DNA of 64,000 nucleotides from Myxococcales bacterium (GTDB lineage: Bacteria; Myxococcota_A; Polyangia; Polyangiales; JADJMO01): contig JADJMO010000001.1 in the NCBI GenBank assembly GCA_016709545.1, positions 68,372 through 132,371 on the forward strand, given 5' to 3'. The notes beneath the pieces were generated by a model. That model saw only the letters and a program-made list of their open reading frames with translations. It ran no database searches and was not told the DNA's origin. The stretch's first letter is position 1. Every line of letters begins with the position of its first letter. The translations under genes were made by a program, and so were the position numbers. Shown in pieces: positions 18,806 to 28,400 of this stretch.

Positions 18806-19537
18806 ATGTCCCTAGACCGGACACCCAGTCGCTCCATACTTGACCTCCGTCGATCCAAGACTACGCTCAATCAAGTGGCGAAGCACCCCGTCCAGCTCGA
18901 GCTCCAACGCACCCACGGGTGGGGTGGTCGTCGTCCGGGCGCCGGACGTCCGCGCGTCGCGCCGCGGCCGCTCGTCCCCCACCGCACCCGACCGCCTCAT
19001 GTGGGGTGGGCGCCGGTGCACCTCACCCTCCGGTGCATGTCGGGGCTGCCCTCGCTGCGCTCGATGGAGGTGTTCCCGGCGGTCGTCCGCGCGCTGCGCG
19101 CGGCCCAGCGCGGCACCTTTCGTGTCATCCACTTCTCCGTGCAGGACAACCACGTGCACCTACTGGTGGAGGCGAACGATTCCAGCGCCCTTCGGGCGGG
19201 CGCGCGCTCGCTCGGCATCCGTCTCGCGCGCGCGGTCAACCGCGCCTGCGGCCGCAAGGGCCGCGTGCTCGACGACCGCTACCACACCCGCGCGCTCCGC
19301 ACGCCCCGCGAGGTCCGGTTCGCGCTCGCCTACGTGCTCTTCAACTTCAAGAAGCACCAGGTGCGCGTGCCGACCCTGCTCGACCCGTGCTCGTCGGCGC
19401 CGTGGTGCGATGGCCTTCGCGATCGCCGCGGAGCGCCGCTCGACGTGAGCACACCTGTCGTCGCGGCCCACACCTGGCTCGCCCGGGTGGGCTGGCGCCG
19501 CCACGGCCTGCTCTCCCCGCACGAGCGTCCGGCCTGA
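18806..19537 (+). CDS. IS200/IS605-like HuH Y1 transposase (REP-associated tyrosine transposase-like) as a single ORF
   Basis: In frame within track ORF 18185..19537. It has the HuH motif VIHFSVQDNHVHLLVEA and an RTHGWGGRRPGAGRP N-motif typical of a Myxococcales transposase family. The first 70 nt are AT-richer than the rest; an alternative GTG start is at 18875. Confidence 0.6.
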   Translation: MSLDRTPSRSILDLRRSKTTLNQVAKHPVQLELQRTHGWGGRRPGAGRPRVAPRPLVPHRTRPPHVGWAPVHLTLRCMSGLPSLRSMEVFPAVVRALRAAQRGTFRVIHFSVQDNHVHLLVEANDSSALRAGARSLGIRLARAVNRACGRKGRVLDDRYHTRALRTPREVRFALAYVLFNFKKHQVRVPTLLDPCSSAPWCDGLRDRRGAPLDVSTPVVAAHTWLARVGWRRHGLLSPHERPA

Positions 19538-19727
19538 GATCTGCGGTAGAACCTCCCGGCTACCCCGGCGCGGGGCACAGGCTTCATCCAGGTCCGCGGT
19601 CGCGTCCGGCGTCTTCGTGTCCAGGCTGGTGTCGCTCGTCGGCGCTTCCGCGTCCAAGGCCGCGCCGGTCGACGCATCGTCACCGCCGCTCGACGCGCAG
19701 CCCCCGAGCAGGGCGGTCACGAGCGGC

Positions 19728-21099
19728 ATGGAGCGGTCGCACCGTCATCACGTGGTATGGTACCCGACGGTGCGTCGCGCGGCTCTGTTCTGGTTGGTCT
19801 CGGTCGGGGTGGTCGGCTGCGACGCGGCGCTCGGGATCGAGCCGATCCCCAAGGGAAACGCGCCCCTCATAGCCCACGCCTCGCCTCTGTGCGCGCGCTG
19901 CGCCGCGGATACGTGCAAGGTCGCAGCCACGACCTGCGAGAAGAGTCGTACCTGCCTCCCGCTCTATGCGTGCATCGCCAGGTGCGCTGTAGACGACCCC
20001 AAGTGCCGCGCGACCTGCGAGAAGCTCTCCCCGCTCGCGGCCACCGAGGCTTCGTTCCGCGACCTGGACCGGTGCTTTCGCACCTCGTGTACCGAGGAGT
20101 GTTACGGCATCACTGGGCTCGGCGGCCTCTTCGCGGACAAGGACCGGTGCAAGTGCCTCGACGCGGCGTGTGGGCCCCAGGAGCTCGCCTGCATCCGATC
20201 GGGCGTCGGCGCAGCGGACAGCGACGCGGGCACGACCCCCGAGGTGGCGGGCGAGTGCGAGCGTCGCGCGGCGTGCCTCGCCAGCGTCAGCATCGACCCC
20301 GAGTCGGCCGACAGCTGCGCCGCCGCTCATCCCGAGGGGGCTGCCGCGGCCAGCGCCCTCAAGGAGTGCTGGAGCAACACGAGCTGCGCCGAGTGCCCCG
20401 TCGCCGGGACGGGCCTCTACCAGTGCGTGGGGAACTACCGCTGGACGGCCCCCACCACCAAGGAGGTGAGGATCACCTTTCGCGTCACCACCTTCGACGC
20501 GGAGCAGAGGCCCATCGCTGGCGCGAAGGTCGTGGCGTGCGGCGCCGACAAGTGCGATCGCTGCGACGAGGCCAACTCGCTCAAGGCGACGACCAGCGAC
20601 GCCGAAGGCAAGGCGTCGCTGCAGCTCACCGCCGGTCTCGCCGGGTTCGCGGGCTGCTTCGACTTCCAGGCGCCGGGGTTCGCCCACATGGCGCTCACCC
20701 TCGGGCGACCGCTCGGCCGCGACTCCAGCACCCCGATGTTCATGGTCGCCGCCGAGACCTTGCCCCTGCTGGGGGCCGTCGCCGGCACCACGCTGATGCC
20801 CGATCGTGGCCAGCTCGTGGTGTTCGGCGTCGACTGCTTCGTGAGCTTCGCGGCCGGTGTCTCGATGAGCATCGACAGCACGGATCCGGCGATCCGCAAG
20901 GGGTACTTCGTCAACAACCTCTTCGACGTGAAGGCCACGGAGACGGGGGCGCCTCGGCGTCGGCGTGTTCCTCAACGTGCCCTCGGGTGCCGTGACCCTG
21001 GACTTGCGGCAGGGCGCCAAGCTCGTCAGCCGCCTGCCGGTCGTGACGAGGCCAAGCGTCGTGACCACGGTGCTCGCGATGCCCTCGACGATGGACTGA
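19728..21099 (+). CDS. Cys-rich secreted lipoprotein with a CarboxypepD_reg-like domain and an apparent frameshift in the G5 run near 20947
   Basis: Lipoprotein signal LVSVGVVGC with about 40 Cys. The C-terminus GVGVFLNVPSGAVTLDLRQGAKLVSRLPVVT...MD* is read in another frame after gacgggggcgcc. Confidence 0.5.
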
Positions 21100-21108
21100 A
21101 GGCCTCGC

Positions 21109-22184
21109 TCAGGGCGCGTGGGCAGGGAGCAGGATGGTGAACACGGCGCCTCTGGCATCGGGGGGGGCGAGCGAGACGCTGCCGCGATGGTGGTGCACGA
21201 TGGCGCGCACGAGGGCGAGCCCGAGGCCCATACCCCGCTCGGAGCCGCGCGGCCTGGTCGTGTAGTAGGCATCGAAGATCTTCGGGTGCAGCTCCGCCGG
21301 CACGCCCGGCCCCTCGTCCTGGAACACGAGCTCGCAGTAGCTCCCGGCCGAGAGACGGGGCACGTCACTGTCGGCGATCACGCGCACCGCGCCGCGCACG
21401 AGCAGCACGCCACCGTCGTTCATCGCCTCTCGCGCGTTCCTGGCGAGATGCTCGAGCGCTCGCCCCAGCATCTCCCGATCCGCGACCACCGAGGGGAGAT
21501 CGACGGGCAGGTCGACGCGGACCCGAGTCGCGGAGCCTGCGAGCGCGGCCGCCAGTGCCGCCTCGAGGATCGGCGGCACGGCCTCGGCGCCCACTCGGAC
21601 GTAGCAGGCCCTCGGACAGCATGGTGAGGCGTCGGCTCAGGGCGATGGCCTGCGCGCTGGCCTCGAGCGCGGCCTCGGTGAACGACTGCAGCTCGGAGCC
21701 CGGCGCGGCGAGCCCGAGCGCGAGCTCGACGTTGCCCACCACGGTCTGCAGGAGGTTGTTGAAGTCATGGGCCACGCCGCCGGCCAGGAGACCGATGGCC
21801 TCGCGCTCGTGCGCCCGGGCACTCTCGAGCTCGCGCTTTCGGGCCTGCTCGATGCCGACCTCGATGGCGTGCCGAAGGTGGTCTGCGTCGTCGAAGGTCG
21901 TGGTCGCGATCACGGGGATCTGGGGCGCGAGGCGGTGGATCTCGCGCGCGAGGGAGAGCCCGTCCATGTTCGGGTTCTGGATGTCGGCGATGACCAGCGC
22001 GGGGCGCTCGGCGCGGAACCGGACGAGGCCCTCTTCGCCGTCCGCGGCCAGGATCACCTTGCCGACATGCCCCTCCAGGAACTGCCCGAGCCGCGTGCGG
22101 GTGAGCGCGTCGTTCTCCGACGCAGAGCACGGTGAGCGTCGAGAGCCAGGCGTCGTCCCAGGCGGTGTCGGAGGGTCTCTGCAC
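21109..22184 (-). CDS. Hybrid response-regulator/histidine kinase (REC-HisKA-HATPase_c, no sensor domain) with two apparent frameshifts near 21591 and 22118
   Basis: Three minus frames join as TVLCV(G)ENDALTRTRLGQFLEGHVGKVILAADGEEGL...ALVIADIQNPNMDG (REC), then GGVAHDFNNLLQTV (HisKA), then ...AEAVPPILEAALAA...NAREAMNDGG...GMGLGLALV (HATPase). Confidence 0.6.
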
Positions 22185-22216
22185 GACGGAGTGACTCCCG
22201 GTGGAAGGGGGCTGGC

Positions 22217-25200
22217 TCACGGGCGATCGAGCGCCTCGCGAACCTGGCGGGTGAGCGTGCGCCAGTCGAACGGCTTGCGCAGGAAGTGCTCGTCCAGCAC
22301 GTGGTGGCGGGCGATCTCGTCGTCGGTGTAGCCCGACATGAAGATGACCGGCGCCGCGGGGCACAGCGGGGCCAGACGGCGCGCGAGCTCGCTCCCGTTC
22401 ATGCCCGGCATGATCACGTCGGTCAGGACGAGCCGCACCTCGGCGCCCAGCCTCTCGCAGATCAGGAGCGCCTCGCCGGCGTTGGCCGCCACGTGGACGT
22501 CGTAGCCGGAGGCCGTGAGCACCCGGCGCACGAGGGCGCGGAGAGCGGGTTCGTCCTCGACCACCAGGATCGACTCGTGTCCGGTGTGCGGGGAGACCGA
22601 GGCGGAGACGGTGGCGTCCACCGGCATGGTGCCCGCGTCGCGCGGCAGGTAGACGCGGAACACCGAGCCGCGCCCGACGACGCTCTCGACCGCTACTGCG
22701 CCGCCGCTCTGGCGGACGATGCCGTACACCGTCGAGAGCCCGAGCCCGGTGCCCTTCCCGAGGGCCTTGGTCGTGAAGAACGGCTCGAAGACCCGCTCCC
22801 GCGTGGCGTCGTCCATGCCACACCCGGTGTCGGCCACGGCGAGCTCGACGTAGGCGCCGGGCTTGACCTCGAGCGTCTCTGCGCGCACGCCGTCGAGCAC
22901 GACGTCGGTCGTGCTGATGCGCAGGTCGCCGCCGTCGGGCATGGCGTCGCGCGCGTTCACGACGAGGTTCATGACGACCTGCTCGATCTGGCCGCGATCG
23001 GCGCGGGTCGGGTGCGAACCGTCGCTCGCGACGATGGTCAGCTCCACGTCCTCGCCGATGAGTCGACCCACCATCTTGGTGAGGCCCCTGACCAGGGCGT
23101 CGAGCTCGATCGACTCGACGGTCATCATCTGCCGACGGCTGAACGTCAGGAGCTGCCGCGTGAGGCTCTCCGCGCGCTTGCCGGCCTCGAGCACTTCCAC
23201 GAGGTCGGCGCGCAGCGGGTCCTCGGCGCGCAGGTCGGCGATTGCGAGGTCGGTGTAGGACAGGATCACGCTGAGCAGGTTGTTGAAGTCGTGGGCCACG
23301 CCCCCGGCGAGGCGCCCGATGGCCTCCATCTTCTGCGCCACGCGGAGCTGGTCCTCCGTCTCGCGCCGCGCGGTGAGGTCGACCCCGACCCAGGTGCGAC
23401 CCACGCAGTCGTCGCCCACCATCTGGGGGCGCACGAACATCCGCACGAACCGCGTCTTGCCGGCGGCGTCGAGCAGGCGGAGCTCGCGGGGCAGGCGCGA
23501 CTCGCGGAGCTGGGCGACGATCGGGCGATCGTCGGCGTGGACGAGCTCGTCGACCGTGCGTCCGAGCAGCGCTTCGGGTCGATGGCCGAAGGCGGAGACC
23601 GCGCGGTTGGCGAAGGTGATGGCGCCGCTCGCCTCGGTGGACAAGACGAAGTCCTCGAGGTCGTCGACGAGCGAGCGGTAGCGGTCCTCGCTCAGGCGAA
23701 GGTCATCCTCGACCCGCTTGTGCGCCGTGACGTCCTGCTTGATGCCGATGAAGTGGCGCACCTCCCCGTCCTCGAAGAGCGGGGTGATGGTCATCTCCTC
23801 GCGGTAGAGCGTGCCGTCCTTGCGCCGGTTGACGAACTCGCCCCGCCAGACCTGGCCCCCGAGGATGGTCTGCCACATGGCGCGGTGGAACTCGCGCGAC
23901 TCGTGGCCCGAGTCGAGGATGCGGATGTTCTGCCCGACGACCTCGTGCTCGTCGTGGCCGGTGAGCGCGGCGAAGGCAGCGTTGACGAACTCGATCGTGC
24001 CGTCGCGGTCGGTGATCACCACCGCGTTGGCGGCGGCCTGGAACGCGCTCACGTGCAGGCGCAGTGCGGCTTCGTTCGCGCGCCGCTCGCTGAGGTCTTC
24101 CACCATGACGACGCCGGTCCCCGGTGCCCCGCCGGCTCCGTCGAGCCGGCTCACCGTCACCCGGGCCCAGACCGCGCTGCCGTCCGCGCGCAGGTAGCGT
24201 TTCTCCCGTGTCACGCCGTCGCGGCCCTCCCGGAGCGCTGCGACCGCCACGCGGTCCGCCGCGACGTCGTCCGGGTGGGTGATCGACGCCCAGGTCCGGC
24301 CGACGAGCTCGTCGCGGGGATACCCGAGCAGGCGGGCCATCTGCGCGTTGACCGCGAGGAAGCGCTCGCTGGCGAAGTCGACCTGCGCCATCCCGATGCC
24401 GGCGCGCTCGAACAGGGCCCGGTGGCGGCGCTCGCTCGCGGCGAGGGCCTCGGTCATCCGCTGCCGCTCCTGCTCGCTCTCGCGCAGCCGGTTCTCGATC
24501 CGCCGGGCCTCGTCGACGACCTCGAACACGGCGACGAACTCGAGCGGCGCTGGGCTGAACACGCTCACGGCGAACCACATGTCGAGCGAGCGCACGTGAC
24601 GCTCGAAGCGCTCGGGGACGCGGGTCCGGGCCACGCACCCGTAGATCTGGAGGAGCTCCGGGTCCCGCTCCGGCAGGCCCGGGATCACCTCGGACACGCG
24701 GCGACCGACGACGTCGCGGAGGCCGGTCTGCTGCCCGAAGGCCTCGTTGACCCAGAGGTAGACCCAGTCGACGGGCCGATCGCCCTCGAAGAACATCCGG
24801 CAGTGCGCGAGCCCCCCCTGTAGGTGCGTGGAGAGCTCGCGGAACGGATCGACGCTGGGCCGCCGCCCGACCACCGCCCCGAGCGTCTCGCCGAGCGCGT
24901 CGGCGAGCTCCTCGAGGAGCGGCACCACGGGGTCGCTCAGCGACAGGGCCGGGCGATCGACGAGCATCGCTCCCCCGCGAAACGGCACCGCGACGGCGTT
25001 GCCCTCGCCGACCACGCGTCGCTCGCGGACGGCGCACGCGAGGAGGGCCGGGGCAACAGGAGGCTCGCCGCCGACCACCCGCTGCGCCTCGTCCACCAGG
25101 CAGACATGCGAGAAGCCGAACCGCGCGCCGAGGTCCTCCGCGACGGCGGTCGAGATGCAACCCTTCGACGCGCCCTGTGCCAGTGCACCGAGCAGCCTCC

Positions 25201-25234
25201 GCAGAGCCTCTCGCAGCGCGGTCTCGTCCCTCAC
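22217..25234 (-). CDS. Hybrid sensor histidine kinase with GAF, multiple PAS, HisKA, HATPase_c and a C-terminal REC domain
   Basis: ORF 1005 aa with a GTG start. It has PAS repeats, the H-box AGGVAHDFNNLLSVI, the G-boxes DTGCGMD and GTGLGLS, and a receiver ESILVVEDEP...LTDVIMPGMNG. Confidence 0.85.
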   Translation of the reverse strand: MRDETALREALRRLLGALAQGASKGCISTAVAEDLGARFGFSHVCLVDEAQRVVGGEPPVAPALLACAVRERRVVGEGNAVAVPFRGGAMLVDRPALSLSDPVVPLLEELADALGETLGAVVGRRPSVDPFRELSTHLQGGLAHCRMFFEGDRPVDWVYLWVNEAFGQQTGLRDVVGRRVSEVIPGLPERDPELLQIYGCVARTRVPERFERHVRSLDMWFAVSVFSPAPLEFVAVFEVVDEARRIENRLRESEQERQRMTEALAASERRHRALFERAGIGMAQVDFASERFLAVNAQMARLLGYPRDELVGRTWASITHPDDVAADRVAVAALREGRDGVTREKRYLRADGSAVWARVTVSRLDGAGGAPGTGVVMVEDLSERRANEAALRLHVSAFQAAANAVVITDRDGTIEFVNAAFAALTGHDEHEVVGQNIRILDSGHESREFHRAMWQTILGGQVWRGEFVNRRKDGTLYREEMTITPLFEDGEVRHFIGIKQDVTAHKRVEDDLRLSEDRYRSLVDDLEDFVLSTEASGAITFANRAVSAFGHRPEALLGRTVDELVHADDRPIVAQLRESRLPRELRLLDAAGKTRFVRMFVRPQMVGDDCVGRTWVGVDLTARRETEDQLRVAQKMEAIGRLAGGVAHDFNNLLSVILSYTDLAIADLRAEDPLRADLVEVLEAGKRAESLTRQLLTFSRRQMMTVESIELDALVRGLTKMVGRLIGEDVELTIVASDGSHPTRADRGQIEQVVMNLVVNARDAMPDGGDLRISTTDVVLDGVRAETLEVKPGAYVELAVADTGCGMDDATRERVFEPFFTTKALGKGTGLGLSTVYGIVRQSGGAVAVESVVGRGSVFRVYLPRDAGTMPVDATVSASVSPHTGHESILVVEDEPALRALVRRVLTASGYDVHVAANAGEALLICERLGAEVRLVLTDVIMPGMNGSELARRLAPLCPAAPVIFMSGYTDDEIARHHVLDEHFLRKPFDWRTLTRQVREALDRP

Positions 25235-25291
25235 TCGAGTGCCACCCTACTCCACGGGTGTGGGGTCGGGTTTTCAAAGCGAGGGAGCTCC

Positions 25292-25483
25292 ATGGTCGTG
25301 TCGAGCATGAAGCGACGGTCCCTGACCGTTCGTCGTGTCGCCGACTGGTTCTTCGACAAACCTTCGAACGACCCTCGCTCGACCTTGACCTTCGACGTGT
25401 CGTCGATCACCGCGCCAGCGAAGGGCCGTCGCCGCTCGCGACGCGGCCGAGGGCCTGCTGGATCCCGCGCGGCTCGTCCCTAG
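25292..25483 (+). CDS. Possible small basic protein (63 aa) antisense-overlapping the giant-ATPase stop, divergent from the kinase promoter
   Basis: MVVSSMKRRSLTVRRVADWFFDKPSNDPRS... with GAGGGAG just upstream and GC3 about 75%. Nothing else supports it. Confidence 0.2.
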   Translation: MVVSSMKRRSLTVRRVADWFFDKPSNDPRSTLTFDVSSITAPAKGRRRSRRGRGPAGSRAARP

Positions 25484-28400
25484 ACGTCGTAGAGCAACGG
25501 CTCGCGCCGCTGCGCGTACATCGCGACCAGATCGCGCGTCTCGTCGGGCAGGTCCGTGAACGTGATCCCGAACCCGGCGGGGCGATCGCCGGCCTCGTCC
25601 TGGGTGAAGGCGACCTTGCCGCGCGCGGGCCCGGAGACCTGCCCCGGGAACAGGAGCTGCAGCGCGACCTCGGCGCCACGGGCAGGGGGCTTCTGGTAGG
25701 TGGCCACGAACACGCCGTTGATCACGCGCGCGGTGTCGCAGGTGAGGTTGGTCGCGTCGCCGCGCGAGAGGTCGACCTCCACCGCGGGGATGGCGTCGCG
25801 CCGGACCATCAGCTTCTCGAGCTCCGAGAGCTTCTGCACGAGCGCCTGGGTGATGGCCGGGTCGGTGCTCGGCGTCCTCGCGAGCGCCTTCACCATCGCG
25901 TCGCCGAGCGCCTGGATCGCCGTGAGATCCACCGCGCGCGGCGGCGACGGGTTCTCGAGGGTGACCCGCACGTCGGTCTTCACGCTGGAGAGCGCCTGCC
26001 CGAGCTTGGTGAGCGTCTCGCTGAGCTGCGCCGCGGTGGTGGCCTTGTCGCGCGCCCCGCTGTCGGCCGCGAGCGCGACGGCCTTGTTCAGCGCGAGCAG
26101 CTGCTCCTCGAGCCCGTTGATGGTGGCGGTCACCCGGGAGACCGGGTCGTCGCCCTCCTTGCCGCCGCGGCGGGTGCGCTTGAAGCCCTCCTTGATCTGC
26201 TCCCAGCGCGCGCGCTGCTCGTCGGTCATCCGGCCGCGCAGCTCGGCGAGCTTGAGCAGGTTCTGCTCGGCGCCGGTCGCGAGGGTCTGCGACTCGGCCT
26301 GGTAGTGCTCGTCGATCGTGCGGTCGAGCTCGTCCATCGTCATGACGGGCGCCAGCTTCTGCACGATCTTGCTCATGTTGCGGTAGCTGCCCTGCAGCTT
26401 GAACGGCGGCTCGGTGCGGTACGCGTCCTCCTGCGAGGCGGCCTTGATGTAGTTCTTGTTCACCTCGAGCAGCACGTCCTGCACGCGCGCCAGCAGCTTG
26501 AGCATGGCGAGGATGTCGGAGAGCTCGGCGCCGGCATAGCCATGGGCGAGCTCGGAGGCCGCGATGGGCTCGCCGCGCGCCATGCGGGCCAGCTTGTAGA
26601 GATCGGCCGGGTCGCGGCCGGAGAGCGGCGCCAGGGTGGGGTGGGAGGTCAGCGCGTTCTCGAGGTAGCTCAGCGCGAACAGGTCCTCTCTGCCGCCGAG
26701 CACCTCGCCGAGGTTGTGGGTGTCGGCGCGGTTCGCCAGCATGTCCGGGATGCGGAAGCGCGCGCCGGACTCCGTGTAGGGGTTCGCCGCCATCACCACG
26801 CAGAACCGCTTGCCGCGGAAGTCGTAGGTGCGGCTCTTGCCGCCGAAGACGCCCTCGACCTTGCGCTGGGCGTCGCAGAGGCTGATGAACTTCTCGAGGA
26901 ACTCGGGCGAGGTGTGCTGCACGTCGTCGACGTAGAGCATCACGTTGTTCCCCATCTCGAACGCGAGGTTCACGCGCTCGATCTCCTGGCGCGCGGTGAG
27001 GCTCTTGCACTCGGCGGGGTCGAGCGAGTGTACGTCGTGGCCGAGCGCGGGGCCGTTCACCTTGACGAAGACGAGCCCGAGCACGCTCGCCACGTACTCC
27101 ATCAAGGTGGTCTTGCCGTAGCCGGGCGGCGAGACCAGGAACAGCAGGCCCATGCGGTCGGTGCGCTTCTGGTCACCGAGCGCGCCGATCTGCTTGCCGA
27201 GGTTCGCCCCGACCAGCGGCAGGTACACCTCGCTGATCAGCTTGTTGCGTACGAACGAGGAGAGCACCTTGGGCACGAACTCCGAGAGGCGCATGCGCTC
27301 GCGCTCGCGGGCGAGGAGATCGGCGCGGCGGGCGCGGTAGAGGCGGAACCGCGCCGCGGTGACCGTCTCGAAGTGGCGGAGGCGCACCAGGAACTCGGCG
27401 AGCTCGAGGTTCATGCCGCCATCGCGGATCCGCTCGTGGGACCCGAGGAGGCCGGTCACCTCGAGGGTGGTCTCGGCCGAGAGCACCTCGCGGTCCGCGC
27501 GCCCGTCGGTGAGGAGGATGGCGGCGACCTCGGGGGCGAAGGTCGAGAGCGGGGAGGCGAGCTTCTCGAGGCTCCGCGCGTAGAGCCCGGCGAGCTCCGT
27601 GCGCTCGCGCGGGCGGGACGCGAGCAGCTGCAGCTCGTCGTGCAGCGCGCGGTACTCGCCCGCCTCCTCGAGCTTGCGGCGCAGCATCTTCGCGCCCTCG
27701 TCGGAGGCGCGGGCCACCGGGAAGCGCGGGATCTTCCCGCCCAGCACGTCGACCACGACGTCGGCCGCGTCGTCGGGCTCCGAGGGGCCGACCGCGAGGC
27801 CGATGGCCTCGGCGTAGGCGCGCACCTTCGGCGCGAGCTCGGTCTTGAGGCTGGTCACGCCGCGCACGTCGCCGAGCACGGCCGCGAGCCGGGCCACGCT
27901 CTTCGCCCGTCGCGTGAGGACGTTGCGCTCCTCGGTCGCGAGATCCGCGACGAAGGTGAGGGCGAGTCCCCGGGCGCGCGGCGTGAACCGCAGCGGCCCC
28001 GCGGCCTCGAACGCCGGCATGAGCTGCGCCAAGATCGCGGTCGCGTCGGCGTCGTGCACCCCGCGCTCGTAGCCCTCGTCGAGGCGCCCCGCGGCGAAGT
28101 CGGAGACGACCGCGAGCAGGCGCGACTCGCGGAGCGCCGCCCGCAGCTGCGCCATGTCGGGGCCCTCGCGGCCGGCGAGGGCGTCGTCGAGGATGCGGAA
28201 CGCGAGGTACTCCCCGCGGTAGACGGCCTTGGACTCGGAGGCGATCGACTGCTCCCATACGTCGGAGAGCTCGTCGAGCGCCGGGTCGGTCAGGCGCTGG
28301 TAGAAGTCGGTCCCGGTGAGGTGGAGCGCGAGCCCTTCTTCGCGCGGCACGACCACGAGGTCGATCGCGCTCTTGGTCACCGAGAAGGTGAACCCTCCGA

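Noticed and set aside
25274-27010. 578 aa minus ORF inside the giant ATPase region, along with similar Arg-rich ORFs (27173-30388, 40149-42770, 60088-63174, 3566-5042)
   Set aside because: These are alternative-frame artefacts of 70% GC DNA. The real frames have high GC3 and recognisable domains.
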